A stretch of DNA of 64,000 nt from Phycisphaerales bacterium (GCA_027451365.1 DAIDJN010000056.1:1-64000); one strand, 5' to 3'; positions 28,970 to 39,413 are shown, counted from the first letter of the stretch. Translations and numbers: made by a program. Notes: a model not told the origin generated them from the sequence alone.

Positions 28970-30472
28970 TTAGCTGACTGGCTGCGGTTGGTTGTTGTGG
29001 GCGGCCGGTTTCATGGCCTCCAATGCTTCCGGTGTTAATCCCAGGGCCAAAGCTACGCGGCGGCCATAGTCGGCATCGGCGCGAAAAAAGTGGCAAAGTG
29101 CCCGCATCTGCACTTCCTGGCGGGCCTGGCTTAAAACCCCGCCAATGCGTGTGGCCAACCGCGTTTTGTGGGCATCATCAAACAGGCGGTACAGATTCCC
29201 CACCTGTGTGTAATCGTCATGGTCCACGGTGGAGTCGTAGCGATCTACGATTACCTGCCCCAGCGCCCACGCCGGGTCGGCAAACGCCGGGTTTGGTTGC
29301 GGAGCGCCCTGCACGCTGTTTGGCCAGTAATTCGGCTTTGCGCCGTAATCGGCCGCTGTCGCCATTTGGCCGTCGCGCTGGTAATTCATGACCGGGCAGC
29401 GGGGCTTGTTGACCGGCAACTGCTGGTAATTATTACCCACGCGATACCGATGGGCATCGGCATAAGACATTAACCGGGCCTGCAGCATTTTGTCCGGCGA
29501 TGGGCCAATGCCCGGCACCAGCGCCGATGGACTGAAGGCGGACTGTTCGACTTCGGCAAAATAATTTTCCGGATTCCGATTCAGTTCCAGAATCCCGACA
29601 TCTATTAACGGAAATTCCTTGTGTGGCCAGACTTTTGTCAGATCAAACGGATTCCAGCGGAATGTATCCGCCTGTTTCTGGCTCATGACCTGAATCTTGA
29701 ACTGCCAGCGCGGAAAATCGCCGCGCTCAATGGATCCAAACAAATCCCGCTGATGTGTTTCACGGTCGTTGGCGACCATTTGGGCGGCTTGGTCGTCCAT
29801 CAGGCAGTGAATGCCCTGCATGGACTTGAAATGGAATTTGCACCACACCCGTTCACCCGCCGCATTGACCAGTGAATAGGTGTGGCTGCCGTAGCCGTTC
29901 ATGGTGCGGTAGCTTGCGGGCAGGCCGCGGTCGGAAAACAGAATGGTCACCTGATGCAGCGATTCGGGACACATGGACCAGAAATCCCACTGCATGTCCA
30001 TGTTGCGCAGGTTGCTTTTCGGGTCGCGCTTCTGGGTGTGAATGAACATCTGAAATTTGTATGGATCGCGCACAAAAAAGACCGGTGTATTGTTGCCCAC
30101 CATGTCCCAATTGCCCTCTTGAGTGAAGAATTTCAAGGCAAAACCGCGGACATCGCGTTCGGCGTCCGCCGCGCCGCGTTCGCCCGCAACGGTGGAAAAC
30201 CGCAGAAAAGTCTCGGTTTTTAAGCCGATTTTGCTCAAAAACTTCGCCCGTGTGAAGCGCGTCACATCATGTGTGACGGTAAAGGTGCCATAAGCGCCCG
30301 AACCTTTGGCATGCACCACGCGTTCGGGGACACGTTCGCGATTGAAATGCTGCATCTGTTCAAGCAGTTGAACATCCTGCATAAGCAACGGTCCGCGCGG
30401 TCCCGCGGTAAGGGCATGCTGGCAGGGAACCGGCGCGCCGTCCGCCGACGTAAGATTTGGATTCTGGGTCAT
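28970..30472 (-). CDS. katA: monofunctional heme catalase (small subunit)
   Basis: FNRERVPERVVHAKG, RFSTVAGE, VGNNTPVFF and RLMSYADAHRYR. Confidence 0.97.
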   Translation of the reverse strand: MTQNPNLTSADGAPVPCQHALTAGPRGPLLMQDVQLLEQMQHFNRERVPERVVHAKGSGAYGTFTVTHDVTRFTRAKFLSKIGLKTETFLRFSTVAGERGAADAERDVRGFALKFFTQEGNWDMVGNNTPVFFVRDPYKFQMFIHTQKRDPKSNLRNMDMQWDFWSMCPESLHQVTILFSDRGLPASYRTMNGYGSHTYSLVNAAGERVWCKFHFKSMQGIHCLMDDQAAQMVANDRETHQRDLFGSIERGDFPRWQFKIQVMSQKQADTFRWNPFDLTKVWPHKEFPLIDVGILELNRNPENYFAEVEQSAFSPSALVPGIGPSPDKMLQARLMSYADAHRYRVGNNYQQLPVNKPRCPVMNYQRDGQMATAADYGAKPNYWPNSVQGAPQPNPAFADPAWALGQVIVDRYDSTVDHDDYTQVGNLYRLFDDAHKTRLATRIGGVLSQARQEVQMRALCHFFRADADYGRRVALALGLTPEALEAMKPAAHNNQPQPVS

Positions 30473-30558
30473 GGTGTGGCTCCTTATTTGAAACGCAGTA
30501 CAGCTGAATGGTTCACCTTAAAACCAGCCGAGCAACCTATTGTGCACAACCTGTTGTA

Positions 30559-30597
30559 ATTGGACAAAGCCATAGTTGTCAAATATAAAATACCAAT
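30559..30597. promoter_or_regulatory. putative OxyR operator between divergent katA and oxyR
   Basis: ATTG-N7-CCAT overlapping ATAG-N7-ATAT, then ATAT-N7-CAAT; resembles the OxyR ATAG-N7-CTAT tetramer spacing. Confidence 0.4.
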
Positions 30598-30611
30598 GCG
30601 ATGAATAGGAA

Positions 30612-31508
30612 ATGTCTATGGAATTCCACCAACTGCGTTATTTTCTGGCGGTGGCCGATACGGCCAGCTTTACCCGCGCCGCGGCACGCTGTTCTGTGGC
30701 ACAGCCGAGCCTGAGCCAGCAGATTAAAAAGCTTGAACAGCAGGTCGGCGCACCGTTGTTCGACCGTCGCAACCGGGTGGTAACCCTTACCGAAATCGGC
30801 CGTGCCCTGCTGCCCCGGGCCCGCCGCATTATTGCCGAAGTGACGGACGCCCACGACCGGCTGGCCCAGGATATGGTCAATGGAACCGGCCCGTTGCGGG
30901 TGGGTGTTATCCCCACCATCGGTCCATTTATGCTGCCGACGGTCATGCGGCGATTCCTGAAGCAATATCCCGAATGCGAACTTAGCGTGGAAGAGGACCT
31001 TACCGAAAGACTGCTGCAGCGAATAAGCGAACATCAACTGGATTTTGCTGTTACCAGCACGCCGGTTTCGCTTAAAGGCGCGGCGGTTGAAGTGATCGGC
31101 ACCGAACCGCTGCTGGTGGCCGCCCCGCCCGATTTCCACTGGCCGCGTGGCAAGCCGTTCAGTCTTGCGCAGCTTCGACAGCAGCCAATTGTGATGGTGA
31201 CCGAGGCGCATTGCCTGGGCCGGCAGATTCAGGAATTCTGCACCCGCAGCGCGGTGGGCCTGCGCGTGGTGTGCGGCACCGCCCAGATTGATACACTTCA
31301 ACGGCTGGTCGCGGGCGGGCTGGGCTTTTCCCTGGTGCCGGCTATGGCCGCACGCGCGGACACCCACCGCACCTGCCGCTATCTTGCCATTGATGAGCCG
31401 GCGCTGACGCGGGAGATAGCCGTGGTCTGGCCGCTGAATCGGCAACATTCGTTTCTGGCGTCGGAATTTTTGCGACTGGTTCGAAAGATCGTGCCCGTCC
31501 GCGGATGA
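30612..31508 (+). CDS. oxyR: LysR-family hydrogen-peroxide sensor OxyR
   Basis: LysR HTH (SFTRAA..CSVAQPSLSQQIKKLE), GVIPTIGP and EAHCLGRQIQEFC, which keeps both redox cysteines (C-X8-C); divergent from catalase. Confidence 0.88.
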   Translation: MSMEFHQLRYFLAVADTASFTRAAARCSVAQPSLSQQIKKLEQQVGAPLFDRRNRVVTLTEIGRALLPRARRIIAEVTDAHDRLAQDMVNGTGPLRVGVIPTIGPFMLPTVMRRFLKQYPECELSVEEDLTERLLQRISEHQLDFAVTSTPVSLKGAAVEVIGTEPLLVAAPPDFHWPRGKPFSLAQLRQQPIVMVTEAHCLGRQIQEFCTRSAVGLRVVCGTAQIDTLQRLVAGGLGFSLVPAMAARADTHRTCRYLAIDEPALTREIAVVWPLNRQHSFLASEFLRLVRKIVPVRG

Positions 31509-31852
31509 TCGTGCCGCGGCTTTCGATCTCTTCGAGGTGATGTACATTATCGGTGTTAAGCAATTGTCGATTCGCCTCCAACTCATGACCTTTGCCTTAG
31601 GCGTTGGTTTGTTCATGCAGGATGGCGGTCCATTGAACGCCACCCGTGCAAGCTCCGCAGGTATCAGAATCGAGAAAATGCGACCAAAGGTATCATGCGA
31701 TTGTTTGACGGGATTCTACGCGCGATCGGCCTGCAGGCGGCGCTGATGGACTTTCGTCGGGGGGAGATATACACTTTCTTCGAAGCAGAAGCGTGCGGAA
31801 CTGCCCGGATGTAAATCTGCAAACGGTCCGCCAGTCATGATAGGATGTTATT

Positions 31853-33727
31853 GTGAATCGTTTTTTTTTCACATCGTTTCTGTGCCTTTTCCTGGCCGCG
31901 ATGAGTGCCAACGCATGTTTTGCGGGGCCGAAAAAGCGCGGTCGGCCACCAGTCGCACTTAATGCAACCGGCAAAAAACTTCTGGTGCGGTACTCGGCAA
32001 CTCTCGAAAAGCTGCGACGTGAAATTGCGCGGGCGCTGCCGTCGGTTGATCCGGGCTTAAAACATCCATTTATGCAAGCCTACCGCGCTGAAAAGAAATT
32101 CGTAAAGCCGCCGTTCCTGCGATCGCATGCCTACGCGCGGGCCGTGTCGCGTTGCCGTTCGGCCGCGGCTCCGGTTCTTTCAATAGTAGACTCCGTACTT
32201 TCAAGCAGTCGTCTTGATAATCAATTGGTTGAGGCGTCGGTTATCGCGGACGCAACGCCGCGCGGCTTGGCGGCCTTTGCCCAGAAGTCGAAGGCTGGCG
32301 AAAATTTGATTCGTTCAATGCTGGCTGACCCCGCATTGATGAAGCAGATGCAAATCGCAGATGGCGCGCGGAATGGCAACTATGGCCGGACGATGCAAAT
32401 ATATGAAGCAATCCAGTCTGCCAGCCCGCTGGCGCACAAAGGCATTTTGAAGCGGTTGGCGCTGGCCATCGCGCTCGTGCAGCAGCCGAGGATGGCGCGA
32501 TGGGATAATCATACATTTGACGCTGTGGCGCGCTATATGAATTTTCAGAGCGCTTATCTGGCCAAGGAACTGGATCCGGCGTTTCCAACTCTTACGGCAT
32601 GGGATTGCCGCTTCGTCGTGAATGACCCGTTCTCAAACCGGGAGGCCAACTGGTTTCGTAACATGATGATGAATTATGCGCCCGCCTATGTCTTAAGCGG
32701 GCATTACATCGATATCGTGCATACAGATGTGGGTTACATACGTTCGCCCAGGTGGGGAACTTTTCCCGGCAGCATGGCCGAGCAAATCGTGGAAGGCGGA
32801 GGCGAATGCGGTCCGCGCGCATGGTATGGCCGTCTGGCCGAGCGAGCCTTCGGCATCCCCGCGTGGGGTGTAAAGCAGCGCGGACATGCCGCATTGACTC
32901 GCTGGACGCGCAATGGCTGGGTCACACGGTTTTCCGCCGGGTGGGATTGGATCTGGTGGAACAAAACCAGCGGAATTAATTTTTACCTTGAATCGCAAGC
33001 GCGGCGTTATCCCGCGGATTTCATGAAGGTGCTGCGAGCCCAGTGGATAGGTTCAGTTCTGGGTGAACAGAAGCCTGATCTGTGGCTGTTGGGCACGGGA
33101 GGATTCTGGTTCGCCGTGGCCAACAGCCAGGAGCGGGCGATTATCGCCTCCGGCAAAGCGGCCCGCGTCATTCCCACCAACTCGCGCCTTGCCGAACTTT
33201 ACGGGCCGACCCTGGCACAAAAATTGCAACAGGCTCGCATTGCCCCCTCGGCGACGCAAATTTCGGTCAATAAATTCGGCGTCATCACAATCCCGGCCGT
33301 CGCCTTCAAAAAAGTTCCGGGGCCAAGGCGCAAGAAAGTTGGCGCGATAATCCCTTCCAAGAGCTTTTCCGGCGGAATGCAGCTTTATTATCAGGTTGGC
33401 CAGCCTTGCGGGAACAAACACCAGCCCATCGAATATATCATTAACGCGCCGAGGGCCGGCAGGTACGCGCTTGTCGCTGAAGTTGATTCCGTTAAGCCCC
33501 CGCAAAATATGGTGGTTTCTGTGAATCATGGTAAACGTGCAGCAAACTTGATCGTGCCGTGGACTGCTGGTATGTGGCAAAAGACCAAACCGGTGCAGGT
33601 CAATCTGGCCAAGGGCCAGAATACGCTCATTTTTGATAAAGGTAAGAGTGACGCCTACTCGGCGAAATTTATATATGCCTTAAGCATTAAAAAATTTGTT
33701 CTCTTTCCGGAAAAAAAGCGCCCTTGA
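31853..33727 (+). CDS. secreted hypothetical protein with possible transglutaminase-like Cys/His core and C-terminal CBM-like beta-sandwich
   Basis: Signal peptide; GGECGPRA...FGIPA...GHAAL; C-terminal EY.INAPRAGRYAL...W......VNLAKGQNTLIF. Confidence 0.65.
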   Translation: MNRFFFTSFLCLFLAAMSANACFAGPKKRGRPPVALNATGKKLLVRYSATLEKLRREIARALPSVDPGLKHPFMQAYRAEKKFVKPPFLRSHAYARAVSRCRSAAAPVLSIVDSVLSSSRLDNQLVEASVIADATPRGLAAFAQKSKAGENLIRSMLADPALMKQMQIADGARNGNYGRTMQIYEAIQSASPLAHKGILKRLALAIALVQQPRMARWDNHTFDAVARYMNFQSAYLAKELDPAFPTLTAWDCRFVVNDPFSNREANWFRNMMMNYAPAYVLSGHYIDIVHTDVGYIRSPRWGTFPGSMAEQIVEGGGECGPRAWYGRLAERAFGIPAWGVKQRGHAALTRWTRNGWVTRFSAGWDWIWWNKTSGINFYLESQARRYPADFMKVLRAQWIGSVLGEQKPDLWLLGTGGFWFAVANSQERAIIASGKAARVIPTNSRLAELYGPTLAQKLQQARIAPSATQISVNKFGVITIPAVAFKKVPGPRRKKVGAIIPSKSFSGGMQLYYQVGQPCGNKHQPIEYIINAPRAGRYALVAEVDSVKPPQNMVVSVNHGKRAANLIVPWTAGMWQKTKPVQVNLAKGQNTLIFDKGKSDAYSAKFIYALSIKKFVLFPEKKRP

Positions 33728-34052
33728 TTGCATCAAGTCGCGCCAGTCGCAAAGGTGCAGGCGGTTCCTAAATCGCGAAGGATTGTTTTTTGGTTCAAAT
33801 TTTTCGTGTTTTCCCTTTGGCAATCAAGATAAGTCCGGCGACAGTCACCTGCTTTTTAACACCCGGCTCAAATGGAGGTCTGCCGTTCTTCATGCCTTGA
33901 GCGTCTCGCACTATCATCCCGGGAATACCCCATCACGTGACGCAGCTTGGAAATAGCCGTCAAGCGGATTTTTGCGTCGATGTTGATCGCCGTACCTGCC
34001 TCAAACTTATCGGGCGACGCCTGCGGGCACTGCCGCCCGGCAGGTACGAAAA

Positions 34053-34127
34053 AGATACAACATGCTGATCCGAAAGAACATCGCGCAGCGCACACGCCGG
34101 ATTTAATAGGCGGCTCTCCCGTGTATC
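34053..34127. repeat. 75-bp dispersed repeat, copy 1 (copy 2 at 34999-35073)
   Basis: AGATACAACA..CTGATC.GAAAGA..ATCGCGCAGCGC.CAC.CCGGATTTAATAGGCG...TGTATC is shared by both copies. Confidence 0.85.
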
Positions 34128-34151
34128 CAAGAAATACCTTGGGGGTCGGAC

Positions 34152-34826
34152 AAACAGCCAGGGGCCGCGTTCACCGCCCAGGATGCTGGGTATCGCATAA
34201 CCGGAAGCCAATGATCATCACCGCGACACAAAGGCGCACCGGGATAAACCTATCCACAGATTTCACAGATTACACAGATTTTGTTTCCATGAGCAAATTG
34301 GCGGGAGTTCTATTTTTCTGTTCATAGATCGTCGTTAGTTGTAAACGACCACAGCGGACGCGGATAAACTGCCACACCAGTAGCCGCCACCAATAACCCG
34401 TCAGAAGGCACGGAATCAACAGCTAAATTCAGTGAAACACATGCCGCACGCCAAAACACCATGGGGGTCGGGCGTCTCGCCCGAAAAGAAACAGCCCGGG
34501 GGCCGCGTTCACCGCCCAGGACGCCGGGTAACGCATAACCGGAAGCCAATGATCATCATCACGAAACAAAGGCGCACCGGAATAAACTAATCCACAGATT
34601 TCACCGAATTTGTTTCCGCGAGCAAATTGGCGGGAGTTCTATTTTTCCGTTCGTTGATCGTCGTTTGTTGTAAACGACCACAGCGGACGCGGATAAACTG
34701 TCACACCAGTATACGCCACCAATACCCCGTCAGAAGGAATGGAATCAACAGCTAAATTCAGTGAAACCCATGCCGCAGGCCAAAACACCTTGGGAAATCA
34801 CTTTGGAGGTCGGGCGTCTCGCCCGA
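34152..34826. repeat. imperfect tandem duplication of an about 335-bp non-coding unit (34152-34484 and 34489-34826)
   Basis: Collinear shared blocks such as GGGGCCGCGTTCACCGCCCAGGA, GAGCAAATTGGCGGGAGTTCTATTTTTC, GTTGTAAACGACCACAGCGGACGCGGATAAACTG and GGAATCAACAGCTAAATTCAGTGAAAC; each copy ends in TCGGGCGTCTCGCCCGA. Confidence 0.92.
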
Positions 34827-34998
34827 AATGTAGCAGGCAGGATGGCCCTCGCACCGAACACTAAAGCCACCGCGACAGGGACTTGGGAACCACAACTTTT
34901 AATGGGGTGACTCAATGCAGAAAAAATAAAAATCCTGGATTTAGGAACCAGAAAACATCTGCCCACTGGGCCGGCACCATTTTCTGCGGGCCACAAAT

Positions 34999-35073
34999 AG
35001 ATACAACAACCTGATCTGAAAGATTATCGCGCAGCGCGCACCCCGGATTTAATAGGCGACGGTCCATTGTATC
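34999..35073. repeat. 75-bp dispersed repeat, copy 2
   Basis: Aligns without gaps to 34053-34127. Confidence 0.85.
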
Positions 35074-35103
35074 AACCGCAATTTTGTCCATGACCACTAC
35101 AAA

Positions 35104-35388
35104 TCAATTCACTCCTATAGACCGCGATACCTTTTTCGCGTTCTCTGCGGACCCGCTTCGCGTCGCAGGGGCAAAGTCGCGCCCCCCAGTGGAACGGAAA
35201 TGAGTTTGAAGGGAAAATATGTTGGATATCTCCATCTCCTGCACACCCCAGAAAGTGACAAGAGCAAAAAGGGATGCCGTCAAAAATATGAACAGATATA
35301 CAAACCACCGGTGTTTGCGTGGCGTTATAAACGCAATAAGCAAAATGAAGAATGGAGCGGCCAGAAAATATTGTACGACAGATTCCAC
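35104..35388 (-). CDS. small two-TM membrane protein, putative orphan immunity gene (possibly truncated)
   Basis: Two hydrophobic segments; AT-rich; AAGGA upstream; downstream of the RHS cassettes. Confidence 0.45.
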   Translation of the reverse strand: MESVVQYFLAAPFFILLIAFITPRKHRWFVYLFIFLTASLFALVTFWGVQEMEISNIFSLQTHFRSTGGRDFAPATRSGSAENAKKVSRSIGVN

Positions 35389-35444
35389 GATTGTCCTTCA
35401 TTATCTTTTATCGCCTCAGCAGGCCGCGGTCCATCCATCGACAG

Positions 35445-35714
35445 CTATCGCGACTTAATTAAGGGCCGGGCGACTGGCGGCGGTTCTAAAACAAACGCAC
35501 TTTTGTTTGACGGCCTTAAATCCGGAAAAAAGGCCGTCCATTCCGAAACAATGATGCGCTCAATCACCCAGACACAGCGGGCGACCCAGATAAGCCACGA
35601 GACTAGTACAACGAAAAGGCGTCGCTTGGCGAACCGCCACGCCAGAACGATTATAACCGCGGGACCGAGAAGCAGAACCGCGAACGCAGTTGTTTGCATA
35701 TCCATCTTGGCCAC
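35445..35714 (-). CDS. small two-TM membrane protein, putative immunity protein for RHS tip 3
   Basis: Directly follows the RHS tip stop at 35754; two TM segments. Confidence 0.5.
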   Translation of the reverse strand: MAKMDMQTTAFAVLLLGPAVIIVLAWRFAKRRLFVVLVSWLIWVARCVWVIERIIVSEWTAFFPDLRPSNKSAFVLEPPPVARPLIKSR

Positions 35715-35753
35715 CCTGAAATTGCGGCAAACCGCGTCGCCCCCGGAAGTGCA

Positions 35754-36401
35754 TTATCGATCAGCCCGCCGAAATTGAATGTAACGGTGTGGGTGCGGCC
35801 CCGGGTACACGGCCTCCCAAACGCCCCCACTAATGGCCGATGTCGCCCATTCCGAACCATTATTAAGAAGATAATTATAACGAGGTGGATTTGCCTTTCC
35901 CGCAGCGGCCAGCGCTGCAACGTCCTTGGCCGCGGCACCTGCGTTGACAGCACAATTGTCCACCCAAATTGAATATTTGCGGAGGAATTCGTCTGAATGC
36001 TTGCGCTTTGCATTGGCTAAACCGACGGGTAGATTGGAATAGCCATCGCCACCGTGGACAGCCCCCGGAACAAACCAGGTCCCTTCCTTGAACAACGTCC
36101 AGTCGCCCTCACCTTGGGCGGCCGGAAAAAAACCGTACTCATGCCCTGCGACCTCAATAAACGCATGAACAAAATGCCCATTCGGATTCGCGGTCATATA
36201 GGCCTTAAAATAGTAGACACCTGGGATATGAACTTGCTTCGCCCCGCATGCATCGATCGCGCCCACCGGATCACTCCCCACAAACTGATACGTGTCCGCT
36301 CCATTGACGTACTGCAATGGGTCTTGCGATATCCAAGTCCCCAAACTTGGCGAATAATTGCGGAAATGCTCGTAATGCAACCCCGTCACCGCATCCAGCG
36401 T
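35754..36401 (-). pseudogene. orphan RHS core fragment plus papain-like/permuted NlpC-P60-type toxin tip
   Basis: TLDAVTGLHYEHFRNYSPSLGTWISQDP...YQFVGSDPVGAIDACG, then HAFI...YGFFP...YNYLLNNG; no N-terminal RHS repeats. Confidence 0.85.
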
Positions 36402-36794
36402 CCCGCTGCCATAAGTGGTAACCGTCGGAATGCCTGAAGCGCCGGAAGCATTACCCCTTCAAACAACACCGTCGGGTCCGTCGCATACGTTGGATGATTG
36501 CCGACGAAGCGACCGGCGCTTCGCTCAATGCGCAAGGACCGATGAAAAATGAACACACAATGATTTGGAACCGCAGAGGAAACGGAGGATCGCAGAGACT
36601 TGTTAATGCCGGAAAAACACCTTCGGCCATTTACGCGAGCGCTTCTCGCTTGTGTCTTCTGCCTCCCGCCTTCTGAATCACTTTTTTCAGCCGCCGCCAC
36701 CATTGTTTATGCGACCTTCCTTACATTCTGGTCATTGATCAGTCCCGGCGCGCCGGGATTGCAGTTGTCTCCATTATCGTGAATATCAGCCGAA

Positions 36795-37682
36795 TCACAA
36801 TCCACTGGGCCGGGACAGACGCCACAAAAGCCAACGCGTTGCGGTCATCCAGACACCGATAGAGGCTGCCACTCCGAACAGAACATATTCCACCACCACA
36901 GGCAACGCCAATCCACCAGGAAAATACCGCGAGAAAGACCACCGCCAATCCCAATAGGCCATCGTACACGCCGTCCCCACGAGTAATGCCAGCGCTCGCC
37001 AGAATGCCACGCGATATTCCGTAACCGAAATACTCGGAAATCCCTCCAACACCAGCAAAATTCCGGCGGAGATAAAAAGGGAATTTATCGCACCAATTAG
37101 CAGGGAATCATTGCTCAGCCAGACCCATGTCTCGACAACGCAGACACAAAATGAGACCGCCCACCACAAAAACACGGCCAGCAGGAGGGCCCGACTAAAC
37201 GGCTTCCAGCAACTTTTTGTCGTTTGCGGAACGATTTGGCCGGCCGGCTTTGTAATGTGCGTAATTGGGCTACTAACCGGTGGGAACGCGCAGATTATCC
37301 CCACGACTAACGCAACCCCGCCCACCAAAAGCAACACCCATTGGCTACTGAAAACCAGATACCAGATAATTCCACCACCTTGCGATACCGCCAGGGAAAA
37401 GCGAGCAGCCGCCGCGCAAGTTCCGGATACCTGCGCCATCCGATACCACCGGTCGCCTTTAGCGACGGGAGGCGACCGAAAATGGCCTGACGCCACGCGC
37501 CCAGCGAGAGCCACTGTGGCAACTAAAAGCAACAAATCCGTCGTAAGCGGCAGGTCACAAAAATCTCGGCCAGCAATCGATGGGGCCATAGCTAAGGCGG
37601 ATCGCAACAACCAGAATGTAAGAAGCAACAATCCAATAGCCGCGACCAACCAAATTCTTAATCCGAAACGCGATTTCATCAT
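36795..37682 (-). CDS. multi-pass membrane protein of unknown function (possible immunity protein)
   Basis: About 8 hydrophobic segments; co-oriented within the RHS island. Confidence 0.55.
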   Translation of the reverse strand: MMKSRFGLRIWLVAAIGLLLLTFWLLRSALAMAPSIAGRDFCDLPLTTDLLLLVATVALAGRVASGHFRSPPVAKGDRWYRMAQVSGTCAAAARFSLAVSQGGGIIWYLVFSSQWVLLLVGGVALVVGIICAFPPVSSPITHITKPAGQIVPQTTKSCWKPFSRALLLAVFLWWAVSFCVCVVETWVWLSNDSLLIGAINSLFISAGILLVLEGFPSISVTEYRVAFWRALALLVGTACTMAYWDWRWSFSRYFPGGLALPVVVEYVLFGVAASIGVWMTATRWLLWRLSRPSGL

Positions 37683-37753
37683 GATTTACACCGCTCGATC
37701 TGCCATAACGCTAAGACATCCGGGCATTCAGGAACCCCGACCGCTTGCGCAAC

Positions 37754-38233
37754 CTACTCTTGGCGCGAACGACCAATTAACGCGCGGACGCCCGCCCTCA
37801 ATTTCTGGGGCAGAGGCCCGGGGATAAATACGCGGTACCAGTTCCGAGCCCCGCCGAAGACAGGGGTCGTGGTCCAACAAATAAAACTGCAGCCGCCGTC
37901 GGTAAAATGAATATTCAATCCCATCACCACCGCAGCGCCGGACCGAAAATGGAAAACACCTTCAACATATCGTCCGCCGCCACTACCCGGATGGGAGCGT
38001 TTAAACGCCGCTGCTATCGCGCGGAGCGTGGGCCGGTCCCTCAGCGAAACGCGCCTGCCTCGGGTCACAAAATCGACGCCGCAAAGCCGTCCCCCATGTC
38101 CGCCGGAGACAAAAGAATTTCGAAACGCGACCTTAAACTCAACCCGCTCGAAAAGCACTGCGCAAAGTGCGAATCCGACACAGCCGGAAGCGATAAACAA
38201 CGACCGCCTTGTATTGCCGCTGATTCCGAACAT
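37754..38233 (-). CDS. putative immunity protein for RHS tip 2 (N-terminal membrane anchor)
   Basis: Starts 15 bp after the toxin stop; paralogous to 39684-40232. Confidence 0.7.
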   Translation of the reverse strand: MFGISGNTRRSLFIASGCVGFALCAVLFERVEFKVAFRNSFVSGGHGGRLCGVDFVTRGRRVSLRDRPTLRAIAAAFKRSHPGSGGGRYVEGVFHFRSGAAVVMGLNIHFTDGGCSFICWTTTPVFGGARNWYRVFIPGPLPQKLRAGVRALIGRSRQE

Positions 38234-38247
38234 TGGACAGCCCTTAA

Positions 38248-39234
38248 TCAGGAAACATGTAACGGGTAATTGAGGTAAACCAACCCGGAAAACCCGTCAC
38301 GCCAGGTCTCGTGATGCCAAAAAGGACTGGCCCAGCCGGCGACCTGCAGCTGGTGGGCCGCAACGTATTGAGCCCATATCTGACGCCCCAAGCCAAACGG
38401 TGCGAAAGAATAATAATCGCGCTGAACCATCTCTAACCCAGAGGTCTTCCATCTATATGCCGGCCCCAACGGGATACATATTTGCTTGACGGAAATGCTT
38501 CCGCCAGCGAAGCCAAAATGGGCACCGCCGAGCGCGTCCATCAGATCGCTGCCCCATTCGTAATAGAACTCCGCACTAAACGCTTCCGTTGCAGGAGGCC
38601 AGTGCCGTTGAAGTTTATGGGTCCCCGGCCCCACAATTTCGGCATATAACTGGAAATAAGCCTTCGCCGCTCTTCTGTAAAGGGGGTCCGATTTAATCTC
38701 ATTCGCAGCAAATTCAAAGAACTCCCCCGCGTGTCCCTTTGGAAATCCATTGTCGATAAATTCTTTCAGCAACATTCCTGCAAATATCCTTCCACCAGCA
38801 GACCATCTGAAATAGGTTGCTGTTAAAAGATTAAGATCGTTAATGAATTGCAGGCCCGAAACGCCTCCCTTGCCCGATCCCGTATCCAACCCCAATCCGT
38901 CAAACCTCCCAACCGGCCCGCTTCCAACAAACTGATACGTATTGGCCCCATTGATATAGGAAAGTGGGTCTTGCGAAATCCACGTCCCCAAACTTGGCGA
39001 ATAATTCCGGAAGCGTTCGTCATACAGCCCCGTCACCGCATCAAGCGTCATGCCTTGATACAGATTACTCACCACAGGCTGCGTCCCGGCGGGTGGCGTT
39101 TTCCTGTCGGCAGTCAGGACGGTGATCGAACCGTAAGGCGAATAGACGTAGCGTTGCACGACATCCCATGTTCCGGCGGTGGCGTTGAATCCAACAACCG
39201 CCGTGGTATCCCAATTCGCATCCTGCAAATAATA
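38248..39234 (-). pseudogene. orphan RHS core fragment plus C-terminal toxin tip 2
   Basis: YYLQDANWDTTAVV...RYVYSPYG...YQGMTLDAVTGLY...RNYSPSLGTWISQDP...DGLGL, then about 210 aa of tip; upstream in-frame sequence is non-coding repeat. Confidence 0.88.
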
Positions 39235-39413
39235 GGCAGGCAATTCTGGAGATGGAAGCTGGGAGCCGGGAGTGTAAAACTGGTCTTCGCCACGACGACA
39301 CAAAGACACAATGCCAGCGAAGGAGGCCTTTTGATGATTGAAATTCTCACAGGAGGTATTGGAGGAACTGGATGTATCGCGAGGACGACGGGCAGACAAG
39401 ATGTCTGCACCAC
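39235..39413. repeat. about 180-bp cassette-leader repeat, copy A (copy B at 41470-41651)
   Basis: Contains a 55-bp block (39319-39373) identical to 41557-41611 and a terminal REP-like hairpin. Confidence 0.9.

Noticed and set aside
34152..34826. Second CRISPR array or diversity-generating retroelement TR/VR pair
   Set aside because: No regular repeat-spacer period, differences between copies are not adenine-specific, and no reverse transcriptase is present.
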